Part shown: positions 35,407 through 47,048 of the stretch, piece by piece
Layout of the letters: each line of letters begins with the position of its first letter
Numbering within the stretch: position 1 is the stretch's first letter
NCBI GenBank assembly: GCA_030770535.1
Contig: JASVEC010000023.1
Coordinates: 558,001 to 622,000 of the forward strand
Direction: 5' to 3'
Length of the DNA stretch: 64,000 nucleotides
Origin: Batkoa obscura
Taxonomy: Eukaryota
Made by a program: the position numbers and the translations under genes
Notes under the pieces: model-generated
Told to the model about the DNA's origin: nothing
Databases searched by the model: none
The model's input: only the letters and a program-made list of their open reading frames with translations

Positions 35407-36452
35407 ATATGTTAAATGTCAATCAGTTTAAAAAAGCACTTTTATAAAATAAATTATCATATCACAAATTGATAAAACTTCAACAGAAAATTAATGCTAT
35501 CAAAGAGATCTTATTAATGTAAGCAATAAAAAAAATATTTAAAATATTAGGTTATAAAATTCTAATTTAGACTGTCATAATTTTTATTAGAATTTTATAT
35601 TTCGATTAATTTTGGTCAAAGTTATTATTATAAGCTATTTTATTAGCTAATTCAAACTGTTAAATCTACATCACCATATCATTGTACAAATACTGTAATT
35701 ATGTATATAATAAATTCAGTAATACTTTGATGATAAGAGGTATTTTGATTTATTACAATGTATCAAACATACTAATTAGAGCTACTAAAATATCGGGTAT
35801 TTATTCAAAATGTAGAGATTATTAAAATAAGTAGCTCAATCAAATGATGATGTATAAGTCTAAATATTGATATTAAATAATTGTTTAAAAGCATACCCTA
35901 ATTTTTAAACTAGGCAAAAAAATAAAAACTGAAAACAAACCATAGAATACAAAATTTGTTATATTCAGTATTATTATCTATAAGTAGTTTATAATAAATT
36001 ATATAATTCAATGTTTAAAGTTGGGCCTATGATAATCAACAAACAATAAGTATACTATATAAATTTATTGAATGTTATTTATTTGTAATATTTTATTATT
36101 TGAGTGTATGATAAAAATATAAAAAACAAACCTTAAAATCTAAATTTATAAAAGGACTTAATAAGATAGAAAACTGTTGACTAAAAACCCTTTCATCTTT
36201 GTGAATTTAAATTTAATCACTATTTCTCAAAACACGCTAAATCAGTTTTTAAAATCTACTCAAACAAACTTATTAAAAAAGCGATGCTGCGCGATTAAGT
36301 GGGTGATTTTCAATAAGAGCGCAGCTATTGAAAATTACGACTAGAGATATGGTGTTAAAGGATATAAATAAACAAATATTCGAGCTTAAAAACAATAAAA
36401 AAAATTCATACATTGAGATCAAACTCTTAACAATAACTCTATATTTACAAGA

Positions 36453-38078
36453 ATGTTTAAAAATAGGACCTTAAGAAATAAACGTGGTAATAAAAGTGAA
36501 ACTAGTAGTGTAAATTCTAGTCCATGTAAACGTATTAATGATAAAGTAACCCAACCATGGGCAGTACTATCGGCAAGAGATATGACCTATTCTGAAGTGA
36601 AAATGATTGATCTGGTAAATGATACAGAAGAGGTTCGTTATAACCAGCTGTTAAATAACGAATTTAGTGAGCAAGTAATATTTACATTTAGCTATAATTT
36701 AGATTATAATTTAATTTGTTATTTTGACGGAGTTTATCTAAATCAATCACCTTTGGATAAAGGGAAACAATATAAATTTAAAAATGACGATGAATTAAAT
36801 ATCAAATTAAGAGATGATAAGCAAATTAAGCTGGATATCCAAATTAAAATGGAGCAAAGCAATAAAATAATTAAGGATATTAAAGATAATTTAACTTGTA
36901 TGATATGCGATCAAGTCTATTCCTCTCCGATTACTCTTACTCCATGTTTTCATACTTTTTGTGGTAAATGTATTGCTCAAAACTTTGCTAGTGAGTTAGA
37001 ATGCCCAACGTGTAATCAAAAGGTAACTAAAATTTACAAGAATGATGTACTTTCACAAATAGTACATAAATTAGTATTAAATAATAACGATAATAAACCA
37101 ATTCAAATTAAACCAAAGCAAGAACCTATCAATATCCAGCAATTAAAGAAAATGATTAATAAGTATTTTGATAGCAATGAAATGCAAGAAATATCCCAAT
37201 GTGTTTATGAAATTAGTTTTAAACGTAATAGACCAGTTATTAAATCAATTGAGCCGGTTGTTAATTATAATGGCGAATATAAGCAAGTTATCTTAAACTC
37301 AAATGGGAAAGGAAATGATAAGTTATTCAAAATTAATGTGGATTTGGAATCTTATAATAAATATAATAAATATAAAGATCAAGATATTGTTCCAATTCAT
37401 TCATATAAATGTACTTATTGCTTACCAGTTGATAGTCAACCATCAAGATATTTATGTGGTAGAGATGAAGATCATGCAATATGTAATATTTGCGAATATC
37501 TGTTCCCAAAAGAATTGAAGAAAGGCAATAATAACAACCAAAATAATAACTGCGAATTATGCCATACCGATTCCTGTCCTTCTTGCGATTCTATATTAAA
37601 AGGACTAGGCATCGCATTGGAATCTAAAGCATGGAATTTATATGAACCCCAATCATTTCCATTAAAATGGTTTGATAGCAATTCGATTGATAGTCAAATT
37701 TTTCAAAATTACATAAATTATCATGGTTTAACACCAACCACATTATACCAAAGTATTATCAAAAAACTTAAAAACAAAGAGATAATAATACAAGATTTGA
37801 AATACAAGAACTTGAAATGGGACAAAATTGTATGTGAACACTGTATCAATCATGGTTTATTTAATGAATTAGCATTTCAATATAGAGCTCAAATGACTAA
37901 TGAAGAATTACAAATGTTCCAAAAAGATACAAGTATTAAAAGGCAAAATTGTTATTATGGCAGAGCTTGTACTGGTAGATTTGATACCATAGGACAAGAA
38001 GAATTTAATCATGCTTGTCATCCATGTGATGAATATTATACCGATAATTACCTTTATAAGCATATATATAAGCTTTGA
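36453..38078 (+). CDS. CHFR-like RING E3 ligase, copy 3
   Basis: RING CMICDQVYSSPITLTPCFHTFCGKC...CPTC; RQNCYYGRAC...FNHACH; tandem paralog of copy 2; intronless. Confidence 0.8.
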   Translation: MFKNRTLRNKRGNKSETSSVNSSPCKRINDKVTQPWAVLSARDMTYSEVKMIDLVNDTEEVRYNQLLNNEFSEQVIFTFSYNLDYNLICYFDGVYLNQSPLDKGKQYKFKNDDELNIKLRDDKQIKLDIQIKMEQSNKIIKDIKDNLTCMICDQVYSSPITLTPCFHTFCGKCIAQNFASELECPTCNQKVTKIYKNDVLSQIVHKLVLNNNDNKPIQIKPKQEPINIQQLKKMINKYFDSNEMQEISQCVYEISFKRNRPVIKSIEPVVNYNGEYKQVILNSNGKGNDKLFKINVDLESYNKYNKYKDQDIVPIHSYKCTYCLPVDSQPSRYLCGRDEDHAICNICEYLFPKELKKGNNNNQNNNCELCHTDSCPSCDSILKGLGIALESKAWNLYEPQSFPLKWFDSNSIDSQIFQNYINYHGLTPTTLYQSIIKKLKNKEIIIQDLKYKNLKWDKIVCEHCINHGLFNELAFQYRAQMTNEELQMFQKDTSIKRQNCYYGRACTGRFDTIGQEEFNHACHPCDEYYTDNYLYKHIYKL

Positions 38079-39786
38079 GGATGTTTTTTATAATCCGACC
38101 TATTCCATCTATATTTTAGTTTTACTCGAAATAATATATATTTACTTTTACATCGCAATAAATCCTTACTTTTATCTTATTATATTCTCTAATGCTTCCT
38201 TTCAATTTCTTTCTATTATTTACAATTTACATCTATCATAATATTTAAAATGTTTTTTTCTACATTCACTAATTGGGATTTAACAAATTAAAGCCAAACA
38301 ATATAAAGTATTCCATTTTTTTCTTAAATTCAAATTTAGTTATTTTTAATACTTCATTCTTAATCCTAACACCTCCCGAAGTGCACTCTTTTGTTTTTTC
38401 ATACTGAGACAATTAATTAAAGATTTATAATCCGTCTTCCTATCCAATGGTTTTGAAAAAAATGCGTCTCTTTATTTTCTGATTCTGTCAGCCTTTATAC
38501 CAATTACACTCTTCCTTTTAACTTTGATAATTTATTTGAACCCCCATAATATTCAATAATTTATGTTATTCACCACACTTTCTGTGGCCTATTTTATAAA
38601 ATAATATTGACTATATTTGCTGTACGTACACTATTTCTAAAGTGAAAATGGCTTCTGGTTAAAGGGCCCATATGCATCTTCCATCGTATCAAACATATAC
38701 TTTCCCAAAACGGTAACCTTTCGGTCTAAGATTGAAATTTTTTGTAGTCTGTAGTTAGAATTTTAAGGCTTTACCTAAATTTGATCATGTTTATCTTTTA
38801 TTCATTCCTTGAATCTTTGCTATCTTAAATCAATTATGCTTTGTATTACAACAGCTAATAAAAAAGTTAACCATCTAAATTTATAATATTAAGCAAAGAC
38901 TTATGCTTTCAACTAGATTGCTAACTTCACATATATATAATGTTTGTTATTAAAATATAGCCTTAATACATGTATTTCTTTTTTAAAATAATATTAGTTG
39001 AAATATCACAATTCTTTCTATCTATTAAATAAGTGGGATATTAATTATGATCATACAATTTATAAAAAATAGAAAAAGTCACCATACAATTAAATGTGGA
39101 AACTTTTTCAGAAAGTTACAGTTCATAGTTTATTTAAATTGATTTGCTGCTTTTATGTTCCTATAGATTAGCTTTATTTCAACCAAACCCATTATATTTA
39201 TTCTAATAATTATATAGAGGAGTTGATTTTATTGTTTTCTTAAAAAATCAATAATTTAGAGTAGTATTTCTTTGAAGGAAATGCCAAATTAACTATGCTC
39301 TATGTGGTGATTAGAATAAAATAACGAGTTTAGTTGAAATAAAATCGTCCAAGAAATATAAAAGTAGTGAATCAATTTAAATAAACTGCGAAATATTGTT
39401 AACTCTAAGAAAGTCCACGCGTTTAACTATAGCTAGCAAGGATTATGGGATTTAATTAGTCTTAATGAGCCTCATTTTATAATCTGAAATTCAAATGTTA
39501 ATGATGTAATAATTCTTTAGTGTTAAAGGAGGTGTAGAGTTTACGATCTAATAATATATGATTACAATTATTTTTAAATAAAATATATAAGGCTTATATG
39601 CAAGTATTAAGGAAAAACCTTTGAAACCACTCTTTGAGCTATTTCTACCTTTTAAAATCAATCCAGTTTGACCTTTACCAGTTCTTATCAAATAAGCTCA
39701 TAATAAAGGATATTGATAGTAAATAACAATTATATAATATAAAAAGTATTATAAATTATATATAATTTTATTAAAAAATAAAGATA

Positions 39787-40578
39787 TTATTCAAAGAGGT
39801 CAACTAATACATAATCCTCCATTACTAAGGGTTCTTCGATTTGAATATCATTAACATTATCAAAATTTGTTGAATAGTTACTGTCCAGATTGATAAGGCT
39901 ATTTTCGATTGGACTTGAGAAATAATTGGTGTTTATGAAAGGATAATTGCCGTCTTCAGTTAAAATAGGCGAGAAAATATTATTGTTAGTCATATTAAAT
40001 AAATTAGTTTCATCTAATGATGAATGATTGTTTTGTGGCTGTGTTAACATGAGGGTAAAGTCAGAGAAGAGGTTAGATTGGTGTTTTGCTAAAGTAAGAG
40101 AGAGTTGAAATAAAAAGTTATTTTCGGGTTGTGTTGCCAACGTTTGAAGATCCGATAAAAGTTTGAAATATTCTTCTTTATAATTAATTACTGAAGTATC
40201 TTTATCCTCAGTATCTTTGTTAGTACTGGTAGCGCTTTCGCTATTAGTATCAACCATATCATCAACATGGAATTCGTTCTTATAAAAGGTTAGTTTCTTT
40301 ACTGGGGTAGGCGTAGCGAGATCCTTTTCATTTCTATCCTTGGCGCGTTGATTTTGGAAGAATACTTTAATACTATTTTCAGGGACACCAAACTCGCTTG
40401 CGATCTTATTTCTCTCACTTCTACTTGGAACTCTATTTTTTTGATAGTTTTGCATTAATATCTCGCGTTGCTCTTCTGTAAATTTAATGCGCTGCTGTCT
40501 CTCCTTTTTAGCAGTTTTGCTAAAATCGTAAAGGGTTAAGCTATCTTTCATTTGCCTTGGAAATGTCTTTTTAGCCAT
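39787..40578 (-). CDS. Homeobox transcription factor (atypical helix 3)
   Basis: RQQRIKFTEEQREILMQNYQKNRVPSRSERNKIASEFGVPENSIKVFFQNQRAKDR; probable 5'UTR intron about 40587-40637. Confidence 0.85.
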   Translation of the reverse strand: MAKKTFPRQMKDSLTLYDFSKTAKKERQQRIKFTEEQREILMQNYQKNRVPSRSERNKIASEFGVPENSIKVFFQNQRAKDRNEKDLATPTPVKKLTFYKNEFHVDDMVDTNSESATSTNKDTEDKDTSVINYKEEYFKLLSDLQTLATQPENNFLFQLSLTLAKHQSNLFSDFTLMLTQPQNNHSSLDETNLFNMTNNNIFSPILTEDGNYPFINTNYFSSPIENSLINLDSNYSTNFDNVNDIQIEEPLVMEDYVLVDLFE

Positions 40579-43067
40579 TTTAAACCTAAAAATTTATTAT
40601 TCAATGGTTGATATATATATAAAAGAAAAAGATTTACCTTGATTGAGATGAAGTGATCAAAAATATTTTAAGAGTAAAGTTGGAGGTGAAATTCGTGTCT
40701 TTTTATACTTTCCAGGCAAAACTCCAAATCATACACCCCCTACGCAGTTAATTCCAATTACTAAATTTGAGCGGAATTCAAGGTTCCACCAATCATTTTC
40801 GTAATAGTGAAATCTATTCGAAAATTTGTTCACAATTAAATTTTGGGATCAATTTTGGTTATCATGTGGTTTAATGTAAATTTAAAATATTTTGTCACCT
40901 AAGTCTTCAAAAATGGGGTACCTTATTGACAAATGCTTTTAAGTTTTATGAATCTTTTAATCTTTTAGACAAAAAATGATAATCTTTCATTTTCATTTAA
41001 TCGCTTTTGAGTATTATATATTTATTCCAAAATAGGAATAACGCAGTAAGAATAAATCAAAAAATGAATTCACACCTCAAACTCTCGCATTTGATTAGTT
41101 GGTTTTAGAATCACGAGATCAGGTGTTTTATTCTTTTGTGAAATAGAACACGCAATCATGCTTTGTCTACTTTATTTTCAATGCTATTAATTAAAATAAG
41201 AAAAGTTGTATTTATTGAATATTTCAAGGAGCAATTAATAAGGTTCTCTTACCCGGTTTGACTTAACTTACTTGAAAATAGGACCCTGAGATGGTCTATA
41301 TAAGTCATCTTCTATTTATACTAACCAAGAAATAGCTTTTACTACAGCTTTTACTATTTTAAAAAATCACTTGTATCAATATTACCTTTTAAATAAAGTA
41401 TAGATTTTCATTAATAAAAAGTAACTTGTTGCAGTTTAGAATAAGTCTATTAAAGCCAAATTCCCAAATTCCCAAATTAGAAGGAAAAATACATTTGATG
41501 GATATTAAGTGATTAAGTTATGAAATTTTAAATGCTCTACACGAATTTCCACACGCTCTATAAGCCATAAAGTGTATTTAAGTAATATTTGTAAAAATAT
41601 TTAATACTGAGCTTACATATATATACGATTTTATGCCATTCTACTGTTAAAATGGTAACGTATACCACTAGCCTCATGAACCCAAAAATTGCTGAGTTGT
41701 AAAACCACTTAATCCATTTGACATACATACAAAAAGGATGTTTTATATATATGATAATTAGATATTTAATAAATGACTTGAAAAGTAAATTAAATAATTA
41801 AAATTGCTAGATTTTAATCTAAAATGTCAAGTGTTTTTAATATAAATAACAATCTTTTCGCATGCAATACAAAACTCCTAAATAAAGCGCAGTAAACCAA
41901 TCGATTTAAATTTTTCAAGTTTCAAACAGCCAATTAGATCGACTTAGAGCGAGTTCAATAGAACCAATCAAATAAGCGTGTCACTAGCTTTTTTTATTAT
42001 ATATTCAAATATGAAACTTTCTGGGCTTTGTTAGTTAACTGTAATATAAGGATCATGACGGATACATTCAGATTATTTGCTTTAAAATTTCAACTATTAC
42101 TGCAATTTTTAAAAATCTAGTGACGCTTAATAGATTAGATGCGGTATTTTTAACCTATTATGACTATAACAAAAAATTCGATGATAATTTTCAAAATGAA
42201 CAAAATCTAAAGTGTCATAATGAAAATTCTAAGCTTTGTTCAATTTACTGAAATTATTACAAACTCTTCTCGCTTCAGGTTATTTAACTTTTTTTCTTGC
42301 TATAGCCGTGATAAGCTAAAAATACTGTGCTTTGATTTTTGAAAATAGTATTTATACTATCTTACACAGTTTTGTTAAAATTTACAAGCATTCCTACTCA
42401 TTAAGAAAAATTTATTGCAGTATTCTATTTATATTACTTTAGGGAAATATTTTCAAATCAAACATTATAAGGATATTTATTAAAGTGATCACTCTCTAAA
42501 TTATCTTGAAAAGTAATATTATAAAATTAAGGTTAATTTTCATTTGTGATAATAATATCACAAATGAAAATTATTTTTTCTAATGTTTGGTAATAATAGT
42601 ATTATAGTTTATAGAAAACAAAGGACCAGAAAAACATTCAAAACTAGAAAATCAAAAATAAGGAGAAGTAAAAAATGAGTTGATATAGAAGTACAATTAA
42701 TCAATGAATAAAAATACCTTTACTAAAAATAGAAAAGTTTAACACGAAGCCTTTCAAGAAAGAGACTTTAGTGGAAGCAAAGAGAATAAAGCCATTAAGC
42801 AAAAAAATTACTAAACACTAATATATAAAAGGAAAGAAACTAGACAATTAAAAGTATAAAGAATAAGAGGTATATTGTCATTTACATCGCAATCCTATAT
42901 GAATATATTTAGTTGAAACTAATAAGTGTAAAGATTCTAGAAACAAATACCCATTGATGTTCCTATAAGAAGATAAGGAATAATAAAAATAGATGATTCT
43001 AAGAATGAAAAAGTATTTGAAACATATAAAGGGTTAGGAATTAACTATCAACAAATATAAATTAAAA

Positions 43068-43954
43068 ATGAATCTTATCTTTATTTTATTATTAGTATTA
43101 TACTCTGCTTTAAGCAATTATATATGGCTTAAAAAGAGCGCTACTAACTTAGCCTTGAAATTTCTAATATAACGTTTCAATACGCTAAAGCATAGTTATG
43201 ATGGTGATCAAGACAAATGCTATGAGCTAGTTACTCCAAAACCAGATCCCAAAGACTCTATATTGTTGTTTTAGTTATTATGGGTGGTGCTTAGATTAGA
43301 AAGATATCGAACCAAGTATAGACATGGCTTATAAATCAGCTGGCAAGAATATCACTACTGCTACTTTGTATCACAGATTGAGTCAAATAAATCAATAATA
43401 TAACATCGTATTATAATCATCTGAAGAATTCATTAATTGTATTTCCCAATATTACGCTTAATTTAAAAGAATATAAAAAGATTTATTTAAATGATCATTC
43501 CACTGGTGCTCATTTAACTTAATTAATGGCATTAAATGATAATCGCTATACTAATGATAGTAAATAATTGGGATAAATCAAGCAAACCAAAGGCGTAATT
43601 TCCATTGACAGCATATTTAATATTCCATTTTTAGTTAGTAAATTGGAAGAATATAAGGAGGAATACATCACCCCAGCATTTGAAGATGACCAAACTAAAT
43701 CCAAGCCAGCATCGTCACAACCTATCTCAAAAAAAGGGGTGGATAAGATGAACTACAATCAGCTGTCTAGTTGATTACTAATCGATTTTAAACAGAATAC
43801 TTTAATCAACTTTGAGCAGGCACTCGAATTTACATCTCATTTAAAAGTAATTGCATTCAATGATGCACAAGTAACAATTAGTGACTTTGGTGACCATAGT
43901 GATGTTTTACAAAACGCTAATGTAATTCCTCAACTTTATGAATTTATTTTATAA
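43068..43954 (+). pseudogene. Secreted alpha/beta-hydrolase (HSL/kynurenine-formamidase-like) pseudogene
   Basis: Signal-peptide-like start MNLIFILLLVLYSALS; remnant GGA* (HGGAW-like), KIYLNDHSTGAHL (GxSxG-like), KGVISIDSIFNIP, YITPAF, DFGDHSDV; many stops and frameshifts. Confidence 0.72.
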
Positions 43955-44153
43955 TCTCCATAAACAAAACCCTATCATACACTTTTTGAAAAAATTTCAT
44001 TACTTGTTGCTTTTTATTTATTAAAATTTTGTTAATAGGATTTAAGATAGATTTTTGACTAAATCATTTTTACTATTACTCAGTATAGAAAACTTTTGTT
44101 GAATCAATCGGATACTTTAAGCATTATTTGTGTGTATGTATGTATCACAATAT

Positions 44154-44248
44154 GGGGGTGTTTTTTTGGCTTCAGCACTTTTTCCATCTTTTAAGCGCTA
44201 TTTGAGCAGAAAAGTTAGTAAAATTCCCAAATACAAAAATATATCCCC
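44154..44248 (+). mobile_element. MITE family A copy
   Basis: GGGGGTGTTTTTTTGGCTTC...AATATATCCCC with ATAT TSD. Confidence 0.9.
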
Positions 44249-44347
44249 ATATGTTTTATTAAAAGTATTGAAATTAACGAGGTACAATATATTTCAAAAA
44301 TTAAATAGCTTTTGAAATATCAAAACTGTCTAAACATCGATACATAT

Positions 44348-44447
44348 GGGGATGTGTTTTTTTATTTAAGAATTCTACTAACAAATTTTCTACTCAAATA
44401 GTACTTAAAAGATGGAAAAAGTAATGAAATCAAAAAAAAACTTACCC
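44348..44447 (-). mobile_element. MITE family A copy
   Basis: GGGGATGTGTTTTTTT...AAACTTACCC with ATAT TSD. Confidence 0.88.
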
Positions 44448-44795
44448 ATATATTAAATCAAAGTACTTGTATATAGTGTAGTAGACTATAAAAACATCCA
44501 AATGGCTATTAAATAAAAAAGGAGTAAAGAAATAAGCTCTAATAATCCATGATCTTTTATATAGCTATTAGTAGACCTTATTACTTAAATGTTACATAAT
44601 TAGAATCAAACCATCTGCATTGTTTTCTAGGCATCTCGTATTCTCATTATATTTTAAGCATTTTATTATAAAGCTAATAGCTTTTTTATCACTTCATACC
44701 CATGTTACAGGTTTAACAAAAACAGTGAATCTATTAATCTAGATAAAAGGGCATTTTTGGATCAAATTTGAAAAAATAAAAAAAAATTACTAAAT

Positions 44796-44993
44796 GGGAG
44801 TGTTTTTTTTGACTTCATTATTTTTTCCATTTTTAAGCGCTATTTAAGCGGAAAGTTTGTTAGTAAAACTTTTAAACAAAAAAATACAGCCCCAAATGGT
44901 GATGTTTTTTTTAGTTTCATACTTTTTCCATTTTTAAAAGCACTATTTGAGAAAAATTGTTGATAAAATTCTTAAATACAAAAATACATCCCC
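44796..44993 (+). mobile_element. Two head-to-tail MITE family A copies sharing an AAAT target site
   Basis: AAAT-[44796-44893]-AAAT-[44898-44993]-AAAT. Confidence 0.88.
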
Positions 44994-45047
44994 AAATGTA
45001 TATAATATTTTTAAGGTTTTAATAATAATTAAAACAAACAAAAATAT

Positions 45048-45614
45048 GAGAATGTTTTTTTTGGTTTCATTACTTTTTCTATCCTTTTGTGAAATATCGC
45101 TTTGTCAGTCCCATGGTTAATTATAGCATAACAATCGCCTAAGCTGTTGTGTTCTTGAGTTCAGAGAAAATCAATCCCATGTTCTTAGTTTGATTTGTTA
45201 TGAGAATTTGTATCTTCGTCTCAAAGAACATTCTCCCCTCGTTTTGATATTTATACTTATCGGAGTATAAAAGAGATTCTAAAACATAATAGCTCGAGAC
45301 TTTTTAACTGAATTATTCCCTGATATCTCGAACATTTAATAAAGCCACTAAGTTTTGTTAATAGTATTTTACGTAGATTTTACATCAGTATTGTCTATTC
45401 TATCTGTCTTATATAGCTTGTAACCTATTACGCGCTATTCCTGATAATCCAAGTCTATCTTAGTCACATAAACTAAGACCTTTCGACTTATAGTGTAGTC
45501 AACCAGGCAGTAACTATTCTTGACTCCAAACCTTGAGTAACAGATTCCACACTTTAAGCACTATTTAAGTGGAAAAATTGTTAGGAAAATTCTTAAATAC
45601 AAAAATACATCCCC
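45048..45614 (+). mobile_element. MITE family A copy split by a solo LTR
   Basis: GAGAATGTTTTTTTGGTTTCATTACTTTTTCTATCCTTT-[LTR]-CTTTAAGCACTATTTAAGTGG...AATACATCCCC; ATAT TSD. Confidence 0.88.
45088..45551 (-). mobile_element. Solo LTR nested in a MITE, 4-bp TSD CTTT
   Basis: TGTGAAAT...ATTCCACA termini with CTTT on both sides; reverse-complement homolog of 3513-3977. Confidence 0.85.
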
Positions 45615-46074
45615 ATATAGTTACTTCTATTTTATACTATAAACTAAGTTAAAAAAAATTTAAAAATTTATTTAAGTAGTTCACTAGTGCTTATTTGGCT
45701 TTTCTAATAGCATTAAATACTAATTATTATATTAAAAGCAATAAATAATTAAATTGAATTAGTTAAAAGCATTGCATTTATTGGTAGTATGTTTAATACT
45801 TTATTTTTGGTTATTAAATATAAAAAATACAAATATACATATTATATCTGCTTTTGAAAATAACCTAAATAATTAAAAAAACTACTCTAATTTATTTTAT
45901 AATGTTTGCTATTTTTTTAAATAAAGTTTATATCTTATTTTTTATATTCCTTTAAATCTATATTTTTGTTATCGATTATTATTAATTTTAACTAATAACT
46001 ACTGTGTTATAATATCAAATCAAACAATTAATAATAATAATAACAATATATATGATAAATTTACTATTATAAAA

Positions 46075-46110
46075 ATATTATATTATATTATATTATATTA
46101 TATTATATTA
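46075..46110. repeat. (TATAT)n microsatellite
   Basis: About 7 copies of tatat. Confidence 0.85.
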
Positions 46111-47048
46111 TGATGAAACACATATTTATTTTAAATTTTTCAGGGTTTGTAACTTATTAAAATTATTATTAAAGAAATCAAATAAAAATAAACAGCTATT
46201 TGTAACTATTATAGCTTTTTTACAATTTTTTTTATCAATGATTCTCATAGTTAAATTATTCATATACCCGATTTTCTTAAGTCTGAACTTAACATTAATT
46301 TAATGTATTCTAATTTTTTTTCTTATATAAGCAGTTAATTAGTCCAAAAAAGAGGTTTAAAACTTAGAATTATTTAACCTTTTAAAGAAAATTAGGTCAA
46401 TTAAAAAGGCCTTTTATCCTTTGTCAATAAAACTAAGAATGTGGAGTTGTTTTAGAATTTTTGGACAATTATCTATTATCTGAACTAAGTAGTCAACTTA
46501 CAAAACGAACCCCACCAAATTAATAATAAAAATAGGGTAATAATGTAAAAAGAGCAGGTTCAAATTTAGTTAACAATGAGAAAAATAGTTAAATATTTAA
46601 GGGGTAATATTTTCACAACTTACTTAGATTATTGTGTGTGATTTTTATTAACATTGTAAAATTGACAAATTGAGATTAATAAGAAAAATTGGACCTCCTT
46701 GATATCTTCGAGTACATAAAGGCTCTAATGATGAATGTTTTCTTATTACCTTACAAAGTTCAATACCTATTTAATTTCTTATCTCTTATAATTAGAAAAT
46801 TATTGTTCTTTATTAGATAAAGACAAAACTCTTGTAACCTCCAAATCATAAAAGAAATTTAAAAAAATGGAAAGAAAGCCATAAATTGACTAAATTTATA
46901 ATGGTATATATTGAATCTCATTCAATAATATATATGACAAAAAGAAAATAGGCTATAGATATTACTTTTTTAATGTATATATTTAATAAAAAAAGGAAAG
47001 AAATAGGGAAATGAAAATTTAGAATAAAAAAGTAACAAGCTAATTAAC

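Noticed and set aside
38330..38830. Possible spliced remnant on the minus strand
   Set aside because: Splice-like signals are present, but frames are interrupted and no family was recognised.
4269..44315. Short ORFs sharing 'FFxASLxFPSFKRYL' (4269-4544, 24738-25001, 44130-44315) that look like a peptide family
   Set aside because: The shared motif is the translated MITE sequence.
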